Assembly (NCBI GenBank): GCA_963788655.1
Contig: CAWBHS010000007.1
Span: 45,527 to 109,526, forward strand
From: an uncultured Verrucomicrobiae bacterium
GTDB taxonomy: Bacteria; Verrucomicrobiota; Verrucomicrobiia; Limisphaerales; JAFGQR01
DNA length: 64,000 bases
Reading direction: 5' to 3'
Positions 9,828-18,119 of this stretch are shown here, one piece after another. The notes beneath the pieces were generated by a model. That model was not told the origin of the DNA, did not search any database, and saw nothing but the letters and a program-made list of their open reading frames with translations. A program made the position numbers and the translations under genes. Each line of letters begins with the position of its first letter. Within the stretch, counting starts at the first letter, position 1.

Positions 9828-10264
9828 ACGTCAATAATCGGTCCGCCGTCGTCCTTGCGGGAGCGCCGCTGCCGGCGTGACGAGTGGCGATACTCGAGGC
9901 GCGCGGAGGGTTTGCCAACCAGCACATTGAGCATCAGCGAAACCAAGCTGATGACCAGTGCCCCCCAAAACGCCGCACTGAAGGAGGTGACATAGAATCC
10001 GGACACCAGCCAGCCGACGAAGTAAAGCAACCCGGCGTTGATGACGAGCGTGAACAATCCCAGCGTCACGAACAGCAGCGGGAGCGACAACAACATCAGC
10101 ACCGGGCGGACGAAGGCATTCAGCAATCCCAGCAACAGCGAAGCCAGAATCAAATCCAGAGGCCGCTGATACTGGATGCCGCTGCTCACCACCTGCGAGG
10201 CAATCAACACACCGACCGTGTTGATGGCCCACCGCAGTACAAACGTTTTCAGCCTGGTTGGCAT
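9824..10264 (-). CDS. 4-TM membrane protein, DUF360/YvlD (phage holin family 4-like)
   Basis: LGLLNAFVRPVLMLLSLPLLFVTLGLFTLVINA and FSAAFWGALVISLVS signatures; start chosen at ATG 10264. Confidence 0.88.
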   Translation of the reverse strand: MPTRLKTFVLRWAINTVGVLIASQVVSSGIQYQRPLDLILASLLLGLLNAFVRPVLMLLSLPLLFVTLGLFTLVINAGLLYFVGWLVSGFYVTSFSAAFWGALVISLVSLMLNVLVGKPSARLEYRHSSRRQRRSRKDDGGPIIDV

Positions 10265-10400
10265 GGCAGAACAATTTGCAACAGGCACCGGTGGATGACA
10301 AGGAACGAGTTCCCCACCGACTGTAACTGCCGGCCATGCCCCTGCGACATACCGCTAACGATTGGCTCTGCAACCTCGAGCATTAACCGATAACCGTTCA

Positions 10401-10572
10401 GGTAGGGCGAGACTCCGTCGAGCCCTGATTTCTCCGCATCGTCGTCCACCTTAAAATGCCGTTACCGCGGGAAGTCTTCGAGCCTTCGAACGTCATGAAT
10501 TGCCCCTTGTTCACGCTACGGTTTGCGAGTGTGCTGCGGGAAAGTCAGGGCTCGACGGAGTCTCGCCCTACC
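10401..10572. repeat. REP doublet (GTAGGGCGAGACTCCGTCGAGCCCTGA family), copy 2
   Basis: Same arms as 5474..5641, similar length, largely different spacer. Confidence 0.9.
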
Positions 10573-10677
10573 TGGTGTTTGGTAGTGGTTCTGCCGCGTT
10601 GGGTTCATCCGTGGTTCAACTGAATCGCTGCGGCTTGGCTCTTGATGAACCGCGCCGACTCTGCGAGCATTTTTCCG

Positions 10678-12588
10678 ATGAACTCGGTGTCCAAAACGTT
10701 CTGCTTTCTCGGCCTGGCCTCCTGGCTACTCGCGACGCCCGCGGGGGCGCAGCGGCAAATGGAAAATCTCACGCGAGGGATGGTGGCGGTCAAACAGGCC
10801 GAAGGCGGCGTGTATGTGGGATGGCGGATGTTTGGCACCGATCCCACGAACATCGCGTTCAATCTCTACCGCATCGCCAACGGCGGCGCACCGGTCAAAG
10901 TCAATGCTCAGCCCATCACTGACTCGACGAACTTCCAGGATCGCGCCGCGGACACGAGTCAAACGCTGGAATATTTCGTTCGCCCAATCCTGAATGGCCA
11001 GGAACTCGCGTCCTCGAAATCCGTTCGCGCGTGGGCAAACAATTATCTCGAAATCCCCATTGAATCCCTGCCCGGTTATCGTCCCGGCGATGCCTCGATT
11101 GCCGACCTGGATGGCGACGGCGAGTATGAAATCGTTTTGCACCAGACCTCGCGCGGCCAGGACAATTCCTTTCCGGGTATCACGGGAACGCCGGTTTTGG
11201 ACGCCTACAAACTGGATGGCACGCACTTGTGGCGCATCGATCTGGGCATCAACATTCGCGAAGGTGAGCACTACACCCAGTTCATGGTCTATGACCTGGA
11301 CGGCGACGGCAAAGCCGAAGTCGCCTGCAAGACCGCCGACGGAACGAAGGACGGCACGGGCAAAATCATTGGCGACCCGACGAAGGACTGGCGCAATCAC
11401 GACCAACGCTCACGCCGGTATGGCCGCATTCTCGAGGGGCCGGAGTACTTCACGATCTTCGATGGACAAACCGGCGCCGCGTTAAAAACCGTGGACTACA
11501 TCCCCAGCCGCGAACCGATCGATGGGTGGGGCGGTATTGGCGGCAACGGCGGCAATGACAGTTACGGCAATCGCTGTGACCGGTTTCTCGCGTGCGTGGC
11601 TTACCTGGACGGCGAACATCCGAGCGTGGTAATGTGCCGCGGTGTTTACGGGCGCATCGTGATGGTGGCCTGGGACTGGCGGCACGGGAAATTGACCAAG
11701 CGCTGGGTGTTTGACTCCGGCGTCAGTTACCCGCCGTTTGCGGATGCTTCACCATACTCCGGCATGGGCGGCCATTCGCTGTCGGTGGCGGACGTGGATG
11801 GCGACGGCAAGGACGAGATTGTTTATCAGGCGATGACCGTGGATGACAACGGTCAGGGGCTTTACTCGACCGGTCGGCGTCATGGTGACGCGATGCACAT
11901 CGGCGATTTTGATCCAGACCGACCAGGGCTCGAATTGTTCTTGATCACCGAAAACGAGGACCGGACGGTGCGCTTCCAAACTCCCGGAGCAGGCATGCAC
12001 GACGCCCGCACCGGCGCGGCGATTTGGAGCCATAGTCCGGGCATCGACGTGGGAGGCGGGCTGGTGGCGGATATTGATCCGCGCCATCGGGGTTGCGAAG
12101 CCTGGGGCGGCCCCGGTGGATTGCGTGACGCGCAAGGAAAAGAAATCGGACCCAAACCGCGGAACACGCGTTGGGCGATTTGGTGGGACGGCGATCTGTT
12201 GCGCGAATTACTGGACGGGACCACGGTTACCAAATGGAATTGGGAAACCGCGAGCGAAGAAAAACTGTTCGCGACCGGCCTCCGCGCGCGGGCGCGCAAT
12301 CCCAATCTCGCCGGCGACTTCCTCGGCGACTGGCGCGAGGAATTGTTGCTCGCGGCACCCGATGGCCGGTCCCTGCGGCTTTATACGACGACCATTCCGA
12401 CCAAGCACCGCCTGTACACGCTGATGCATGATCCGCAATACCGGTTGGCCATTGCCTGGCAGAACGTGGTCTATAACAAGCCGCCGCATCCAAGCTTTTA
12501 TCTCGGCGATGGAATGGCGGAACCGCCACGGCCGAATATTCGGTTGATCGGAAAAGGGGAGGCGATTCGCCGAGTCAATGACCAATGA
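10678..12588 (+). CDS. Rhamnogalacturonan lyase, PL11 (YesW/YesX-like)
   Basis: Signal peptide then RQMENLTRGMVAV; repeated DxDGDG Ca-binding motifs; HYTQFMVYDLDGDGKAE, HGDAMH, GDWREE, TLMHDPQYR, QNVVYNKPPHPSFYLG. Confidence 0.93.
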   Translation: MNSVSKTFCFLGLASWLLATPAGAQRQMENLTRGMVAVKQAEGGVYVGWRMFGTDPTNIAFNLYRIANGGAPVKVNAQPITDSTNFQDRAADTSQTLEYFVRPILNGQELASSKSVRAWANNYLEIPIESLPGYRPGDASIADLDGDGEYEIVLHQTSRGQDNSFPGITGTPVLDAYKLDGTHLWRIDLGINIREGEHYTQFMVYDLDGDGKAEVACKTADGTKDGTGKIIGDPTKDWRNHDQRSRRYGRILEGPEYFTIFDGQTGAALKTVDYIPSREPIDGWGGIGGNGGNDSYGNRCDRFLACVAYLDGEHPSVVMCRGVYGRIVMVAWDWRHGKLTKRWVFDSGVSYPPFADASPYSGMGGHSLSVADVDGDGKDEIVYQAMTVDDNGQGLYSTGRRHGDAMHIGDFDPDRPGLELFLITENEDRTVRFQTPGAGMHDARTGAAIWSHSPGIDVGGGLVADIDPRHRGCEAWGGPGGLRDAQGKEIGPKPRNTRWAIWWDGDLLRELLDGTTVTKWNWETASEEKLFATGLRARARNPNLAGDFLGDWREELLLAAPDGRSLRLYTTTIPTKHRLYTLMHDPQYRLAIAWQNVVYNKPPHPSFYLGDGMAEPPRPNIRLIGKGEAIRRVNDQ

Positions 12589-12733
12589 CCAAAGCCCAAT
12601 GACCAGAGAATTACCAAGGTCCAATGACCAGTTGACCAATGACCAGTTGACCAAGGGGAGGCGGCACGGATTTGCACTGGAGCTTGGGGATTGGGGCATT
12701 CTTTGGTCATTGGGCTTTGGTCATTGGTCATTT
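12576..12733. repeat. Heptamer-built inverted repeat, copy 2
   Basis: CAATGACCAATGACCAAAGCCCAATGACCAGAGAAT ... ATTCTTTGGTCATTGGGCTTTGGTCATTGGTCATTT; supplies the stop codon of the PL11 gene. Confidence 0.9.
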
Positions 12734-12823
12734 TGCACTGGTTGGCGAGGCGCCAACCGCTGCACCCGAGGCGGGCGCGCTCCCCGCCCTGGTGCGTCGC
12801 TCAGGCTTCGCTTGTTCGTCTCG

Positions 12824-14608
12824 ATGTTGTTCGGCGCCTTGACGGTCTCGGCGGGCACGATTGAAACGTTGGACCACCAGGCCTACGAGGGCACGATCCG
12901 CTGGAATGAGGGAACAAAGCTCAGCATCCAAACCAGCAATGGCGCCACCCACCAGATTTCACTGGATCAATTGCGGTATGCGTCCTTGAAGCCGGCGCCG
13001 GAGGTCGCGGGACGATTGCCGCGCGGTTGGAGCGCCGAAGACATTGACCAGGTTCAGGGGAACTCCGGCGAGCAGAATGGCGTCTATACATTGCGGGTGC
13101 GCGGAGGGCAGGGCAAGGACGTCAAACGTCAAGCCGCGCATTATGCGTATCGCGTTCTGCGGGGCGATGGCGAAGTGGTGGCGCGCGTAACCAGCGTGCG
13201 TGGCAGCAACGGATGTTTGGCTGGCGTGATGATGCGCGAGAATCTCGAACCGCCCGGCGGCTTCGTATGGTTGGCGGTTGGGGCGGAAGGAACCTTGCAC
13301 TTGGACGTCCGCGATTATGGCTGGCATGCGCTGCAACGGCGGGACTTGGGTGCCGTTAAATTGCCGGTATGGTTGAAGCTGGTGCGCCATGAAAAAGACA
13401 AGCGAGTCACGGCCTGGCGTTCGGCCAACGGCACCAACTGGCAGGAGGTGGGCCAGAGTCCGATGGGCTGCAAATTGGAGCCGTTTCCCGATGACAGCGA
13501 CCATTGGCGGCCCAAACTGTGCGCGGGGCTGGCGATCCGAGGAGCCAGCACCGAGAACTTGGCCAGCGCTCGCTTCGATCACGTGGCGCTGACCGCCTAC
13601 GGACTGTTGGGTGAGTATTTTGCGGACGATCGCTTTCACCGGTTCGTGTTTTCCCGGCCGGACGAGAAAATCCAATTCAATTGGGGTGACAATTCCCCGA
13701 CAGCGGAAATCGAACCGGACCACTTTGCAGTACGCTGGACGGGGAAATTGGAGCCCAAGTTCACGGAAGCGTATCGATTTCTTTTGGATGCCGACAATGA
13801 TGCCTGGCTTTGGTTGGACGGTAAGGAAGTGAAGACCGCCAAGTTTAACCGGGAACGTGACGCAGAGTTGGTGCCGCTGGTCGCGGGCCAGCGGTACGAG
13901 CTCAAACTCGAATTCAAAGAAGGCGCGGGCGCGGCGTCCGTGCGGTTGGGCTGGAGCAGTCATCGGCAGTTCGCCGAAGTGATTCCTGCCAGCCAGCTCA
14001 CCTACACCTACGGTCCCGACTCACCGAATGAAGAAGCGACCGAATCCGCTACGAACACGCTTTGCACCAAAGGCATCTGGCTGCGTGGGGGAAGCCTGAT
14101 TGCCGGTGCCATTCAATCCGCCGATAAGACCGCGCTGCACCTGGCCTTTGGCGGCCAACCGGATTTTTCCATTCTGAATTCGCAAGTCGCCCGGGTGATC
14201 TTCCACCGGCCGCGGCGGGCGTCGTGGCTGGAAAACGTGAACAGCCAGGCCGGGGTGCTGTTGAAGACCGGCGATCTCCTCGAAGGCGAGTTTGTGAAAA
14301 TGGATCGCGGCGCGTTGACCATCCAGTCGGTGTTGTTTGGCCAACGGAAATTCTCGCTCGACAACGGGGAATTGGTGGCGCTGCTGTTGCGCCCCATGGG
14401 GAAAGCCCCGGCAACTTTTAAACTGCGATTGGTTTCCGGCTCGGTGCTGCGGATCAACCGCCTGCGCGCGGAGGGCGATACCTTGCACGTGGAAGATACT
14501 TCCTTGGGCGAAGTCGCGATTTCGCAGCAGGTGATTGCGGAAATCGAACGGATCACGACGAGTGAACCGAGCGCACTTATGGACGCACAAGCTCCAGGGA
14601 AGCAATGA
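12824..14608 (+). CDS. Secreted PA14-domain protein with ConA-like (DUF1349-like) domain
   Basis: GLLGEYF..IQFNWGDNSP..FAVRWTGKL..LKLEFKEGAGAASVRLGWSS is a PA14 domain; GDGEVVARVTS..AGVMMRE..LPVWLKLVR..SANGTNW is ConA-like. Start uncertain; the track N-terminus is translated repeat. Confidence 0.8.
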   Translation: MLFGALTVSAGTIETLDHQAYEGTIRWNEGTKLSIQTSNGATHQISLDQLRYASLKPAPEVAGRLPRGWSAEDIDQVQGNSGEQNGVYTLRVRGGQGKDVKRQAAHYAYRVLRGDGEVVARVTSVRGSNGCLAGVMMRENLEPPGGFVWLAVGAEGTLHLDVRDYGWHALQRRDLGAVKLPVWLKLVRHEKDKRVTAWRSANGTNWQEVGQSPMGCKLEPFPDDSDHWRPKLCAGLAIRGASTENLASARFDHVALTAYGLLGEYFADDRFHRFVFSRPDEKIQFNWGDNSPTAEIEPDHFAVRWTGKLEPKFTEAYRFLLDADNDAWLWLDGKEVKTAKFNRERDAELVPLVAGQRYELKLEFKEGAGAASVRLGWSSHRQFAEVIPASQLTYTYGPDSPNEEATESATNTLCTKGIWLRGGSLIAGAIQSADKTALHLAFGGQPDFSILNSQVARVIFHRPRRASWLENVNSQAGVLLKTGDLLEGEFVKMDRGALTIQSVLFGQRKFSLDNGELVALLLRPMGKAPATFKLRLVSGSVLRINRLRAEGDTLHVEDTSLGEVAISQQVIAEIERITTSEPSALMDAQAPGKQ

Positions 14609-15420
14609 GGGTCGTCAAGGCAATGAACGGTTACACAGCACGGTTCGGCGGCGTTCGCCGATTAGTCGGGGCCGCGGGACAGGAACGGCTCCGGCAGGCG
14701 CATGTCTGCGTGGTGGGGATCGGCGGGGTGGGTTCCTGGGCGGCGGAGGCGCTGGTGCGATCAGGCATTGGACAACTCACGTTGGTGGATTTCGATGAGG
14801 TGTGCATCAGCAATACCAATCGCCAGGTGGCCGCCTTAACGGGCAACTTCGGTCAGCCCAAAGTGGCGGTGATGGGGGAACGTCTCCGGGCCATCAATCC
14901 TGACGCGGCCGTGAACGCGGTGCAGGCTTTCTTCACGGCGGGCAATGCCGAGCAGCTTTTGGCCACCCCGTATGATTTCCTCGTGGACGCCATTGATCGG
15001 ATTAGCGCCAAATGCCTGCTCATTGCCCGGTGTCGCAACCAGGGGATTCCCGTGATCTGCGCGGGAGCGGCCGGCGGTCGGCGCGATCCGACGCAGGTGC
15101 GGGTGGATGATCTAACGAAGGTGTCGCACGATCGTCTGCTGCAGGCGGTGCGGCGGCGCTTGCGAGCCAAGCATACGTTTCCCCGTCTCCCGAAACCGCT
15201 CGGCGTGCCGTGCGTGTATTCACCCGAACCGGTCGTCTATGCGCGGAAGGACGGGACAGTCTGCGTTCAGCGGGAGAAAAGCGCCGATCTGCGCATCGAT
15301 TGCAATACGGGTTACGGGACCGCCGCGTTTGTGACCGGCGCATTTGGGTTTGCGGCGGCGGCGTACGTGGTGGCGCGGCTGACGGAACCAAGCACCAATG
15401 AAAGCAACGAAAATAGCTGA
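14605..15420 (+). CDS. tcdA: tRNA threonylcarbamoyladenosine dehydratase (ThiF/E1 family)
   Basis: VVGIGGVGSWAAEALVRSG, DFDEVCISNTNRQ, VDAID, GAAGGRRDP, CVYSPE, IDCNTGYGTAAFVTGAFG. Confidence 0.92.
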   Translation: MRVVKAMNGYTARFGGVRRLVGAAGQERLRQAHVCVVGIGGVGSWAAEALVRSGIGQLTLVDFDEVCISNTNRQVAALTGNFGQPKVAVMGERLRAINPDAAVNAVQAFFTAGNAEQLLATPYDFLVDAIDRISAKCLLIARCRNQGIPVICAGAAGGRRDPTQVRVDDLTKVSHDRLLQAVRRRLRAKHTFPRLPKPLGVPCVYSPEPVVYARKDGTVCVQREKSADLRIDCNTGYGTAAFVTGAFGFAAAAYVVARLTEPSTNESNENS

Positions 15421-15564
15421 AGGGTTGAAGCGCCAGAAAATCGGCGCGCCCTGCGCACACTTTGGATTGTGTACCAAGAGCACCGAACAGCGAGGTTAAA
15501 ACCCAAGGTCCGCAAATATCGAATTCGTACGTCATGATTGCCGAAGGATGGCCTGAAAACATGA

Positions 15565-15639
15565 TGCACCGCAAAGACACGAAGAGCGCAAAGATGTTGC
15601 ATGCAACAATCTTTGCGCTCTTCGTGCCTTCGCGGTGCA
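15565..15639. repeat. Near-perfect 75-bp palindrome built from ~9-bp units
   Basis: TGCACCGCAAAGACACGAAGAGCGCAAAGATGTTGC-AT-GCAACAATCTTTGCGCTCTTCGTGCCTTCGCGGTGCA; a related half-site occurs at ~15718-15746. Lies between convergent tcdA and tatD. Confidence 0.85.
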
Positions 15640-15787
15640 ATGGGATCATCCGAATCCTCACCTTGGGAGTGGATTCCCACGAACCAACATGAATGAAGGA
15701 TAGACGCCGGCGTGCTGTTTGCGCGTATTTCGCGTTCTTCGCGATGAACTGAGCCAAGTCACCTTACAGCTTAAAGCAGGCTCAAAA

Positions 15788-16588
15788 TCAGAAACCGCCG
15801 AAGAGCCGTTGGAAGTTTTGCTCGAGGCGACCGCACAGGGTTTCGAGGGGGACTTCGAACAACTCGGAAGCAAATTGACACACGGCTCCGAGATTGGCCG
15901 GGTGGTTGAGCGCTCGGCCGGTGTGGGCTTCGTAAAGCGGATGGCTGTTGCGGTCGGCAGGCAGGAGTTGGTCCGGCGCATCGGTTTCGATCAGCAAGCG
16001 ATCCCAAGGCACCTGTTTGAAGGCCTCGCGCTGCCGTTGCTTGCGGTCATGGGCGAAGTAGCCGGGCAGTGAGAAGTAGCCACCGAGCGCCGCGAATTGA
16101 GCCACCATTTCCGCCGAGCCACCGTAGCTGTGCAACAAAAATCCGCGCTTCGGTCGCGGATGCTCGCGCAGCAAATCGTAAAGCCGGCCCCAGGCGCGCA
16201 GGCAGTGAATGCTCACGGGCAGGTTACGTTCCGTCCCGAGTTGCAACTGGGCGAGAAAGACATCCTCCTGTCCTTCGTAGGCCAGTTCCGCTTTCCAACG
16301 GTCCAGTCCAATTTCACCGATGGCGGCCGGCAACTGATCCAGGTAATGCCGAAGATTCGCTTCCCAGTCCGCCGAGCGTTGACCGACGTACCACGGATGA
16401 TAGCCAAAGCTGGGCAGGACTTGAGCGTGGCTTTGGGCCAACGACAACACGTCCGGCCAGTCGGCTTCGCAAGAACCGTTGACCACCATCCGCGCAATGC
16501 CTTCCTCGTCGCATGCGGCCAGCAACTCGGCCTGCCGGCCACCAAGCCGCTCATCGTGCAGATGATTGTGGGCGTCGTAGAAGCGCAT
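15788..16588 (-). CDS. TatD family metal-dependent hydrolase/DNase
   Basis: DAHNH, GYHPW, IGEIGLD, SIHC, LHSYGGS, LIETDAPD. Confidence 0.93.
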   Translation of the reverse strand: MRFYDAHNHLHDERLGGRQAELLAACDEEGIARMVVNGSCEADWPDVLSLAQSHAQVLPSFGYHPWYVGQRSADWEANLRHYLDQLPAAIGEIGLDRWKAELAYEGQEDVFLAQLQLGTERNLPVSIHCLRAWGRLYDLLREHPRPKRGFLLHSYGGSAEMVAQFAALGGYFSLPGYFAHDRKQRQREAFKQVPWDRLLIETDAPDQLLPADRNSHPLYEAHTGRALNHPANLGAVCQFASELFEVPLETLCGRLEQNFQRLFGGF

Positions 16589-16608
16589 GACCGCACGAAG
16601 GACAGCGC

Positions 16609-17649
16609 CTACTTTGGTCGGGAGGCTTCTTTTTGGCGCCGGACCAGTTGGCCTTGGAGGAATTTGTCCGGGCCCGCTTCCTGCCAGGCGGAGAGCCAGA
16701 GGTCCGCGAGCATTTGGGCGCCCTTGAGCAGTTGCGCGGAGAGGAACGCGCGACCCTCGGGCGAGACGACCGGTTGCACGGACAATTTGCCTTCCTTGTC
16801 CAGACGGTAAAGCGGCTCAACCATTTTGGCTTGGGCTTCCAGGTAGGTCATGACCACCGGGAACATGTTGGTCGCAGCGGCGGCTCCGTGGATTTGGGCA
16901 AGGTTCCGCGCCGGGTGAATGCCGGGCCGCAATTGCGCGAAATCAATCCCCGCGCGTTCGATGAATCCTCCGTCGATCCACGCATGGAAACGGCGACTGG
17001 TTGTGTAACCGCGCGGATTGGGTTCCACCCAGCCGTTGTAATGCTTGGTCGTGTGCAGCGGTTGCGCGCCGTCCGCCACAAAATGGCCCATGACGCCCAT
17101 GAGGTAGATGATGTTCTTTTGGGCGTTGGCGATTTCGTCGGGCGTACCGCCGAATTGCCCGAAGGTGCGCAGATAGGAAAAACACGATTTAAGCTTGGCG
17201 TAACGCTCCGTAATCGTCCACGGCAGGAAACCAATGAGGTTGCGCGTGTGGTCGGCGTTCTTCAGCGGATCAATCGGGGGAAACCGATCGGGATGGGCGG
17301 CGCGGGCCAAGGCCAGTTGCGCGACAAAATCATAGCGGAAGGGGCTGAGTTGCTCCGGTGTCAGTTGATACCGCGCCAGATCGTCCAGATCCAGGAAGTG
17401 GTCGGGATTGTTCAAATGCCGGAAGGTTAGGTCCGGGGCATTGCGCCAGCGGTCGGCTTCGCCACCCAGGAAGGCAATTCTTTCCCGGGCTGCGGGGGTA
17501 TTCACAAAGGCAGAAAAGTCCGCCGGGAGCGCGGCCAAGGCCAATTGGTTCACCATCCGGTGCCCGGCGTAATCCCACGCCCCACCCGTCTGCGGAGCAC
17601 CCAACCAAGCCAAAACCGCTGCCAAACAAACCAACCAACGTCTCATCAT
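16609..17649 (-). CDS. Secreted S1/P1 nuclease / Zn-dependent phospholipase C-like protein
   Basis: Signal peptide ending GGA followed by mature N-terminal WDYAGH; ADRWR, HFLDLD, GHFVADGAQPLH and FHAWID Zn-ligand motifs. Confidence 0.85.
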   Translation of the reverse strand: MMRRWLVCLAAVLAWLGAPQTGGAWDYAGHRMVNQLALAALPADFSAFVNTPAARERIAFLGGEADRWRNAPDLTFRHLNNPDHFLDLDDLARYQLTPEQLSPFRYDFVAQLALARAAHPDRFPPIDPLKNADHTRNLIGFLPWTITERYAKLKSCFSYLRTFGQFGGTPDEIANAQKNIIYLMGVMGHFVADGAQPLHTTKHYNGWVEPNPRGYTTSRRFHAWIDGGFIERAGIDFAQLRPGIHPARNLAQIHGAAAATNMFPVVMTYLEAQAKMVEPLYRLDKEGKLSVQPVVSPEGRAFLSAQLLKGAQMLADLWLSAWQEAGPDKFLQGQLVRRQKEASRPK

Positions 17650-17768
17650 CGCGCCAGGGTGCCGGAGGCTGGAACGCTTGTCAGCCCCGAACTGGTCAAG
17701 TTTCTGTAACGTTGGGCTTGCCAAATGCTTTGCCATCCCTAGATTTAACGGCTCAATTGAATGAGCCT

Positions 17769-18110
17769 ATGATACTAAAATGGCTAATGCCTTTTGTTGC
17801 CCTCGGTGCCCAACCCAACGGCCAGCAGTCCGCTGCGCCCGGCTGGTTGCAGTTCTTTCCATTTATTTTGTTGATCGTGGTGTTTTATTTCGCCCTGATC
17901 CGGCCGCAACAGAAGAAGGCCCGGGAACATGAGGCCCTGATCAAAGCCGTGGGCAAGGGCGACCGAGTCGTGACCAGCAGTGGAATTATTGGAACCGTGG
18001 TTGGCGTCAAAGAACGCACGTTTTGCATTCGTTCCGAAGATACGAAGCTCGAAATTCTCAAATCGGCCGTTTCCGAAGTCACAGAGCGGGCCGGTGAATC
18101 CAAATCGTAA
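17769..18110 (+). CDS. yajC: Preprotein translocase subunit YajC
   Basis: FYFALIRPQQKKAREH..KGDRVVTSSGIIGTV..KSAV; directly upstream of secDF. Confidence 0.95.
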   Translation: MILKWLMPFVALGAQPNGQQSAAPGWLQFFPFILLIVVFYFALIRPQQKKAREHEALIKAVGKGDRVVTSSGIIGTVVGVKERTFCIRSEDTKLEILKSAVSEVTERAGESKS

Positions 18111-18119
18111 CCTCCTTAC

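Noticed and set aside
9824..10264. Holin-like gene as evidence of a prophage
   Set aside because: DUF360/YvlD proteins are common chromosomal genes; no integrase, endolysin or structural phage genes are nearby.
12578..12823. Track N-terminal extension MTNDQSPMT.. of the PA14 gene (likewise 27185-27337, 35095-35157, 53736-54020, 17358-17768)
   Set aside because: These extensions translate repeats, intergenic DNA or antisense of neighbouring genes; better starts with signal peptides or family N-termini lie downstream.
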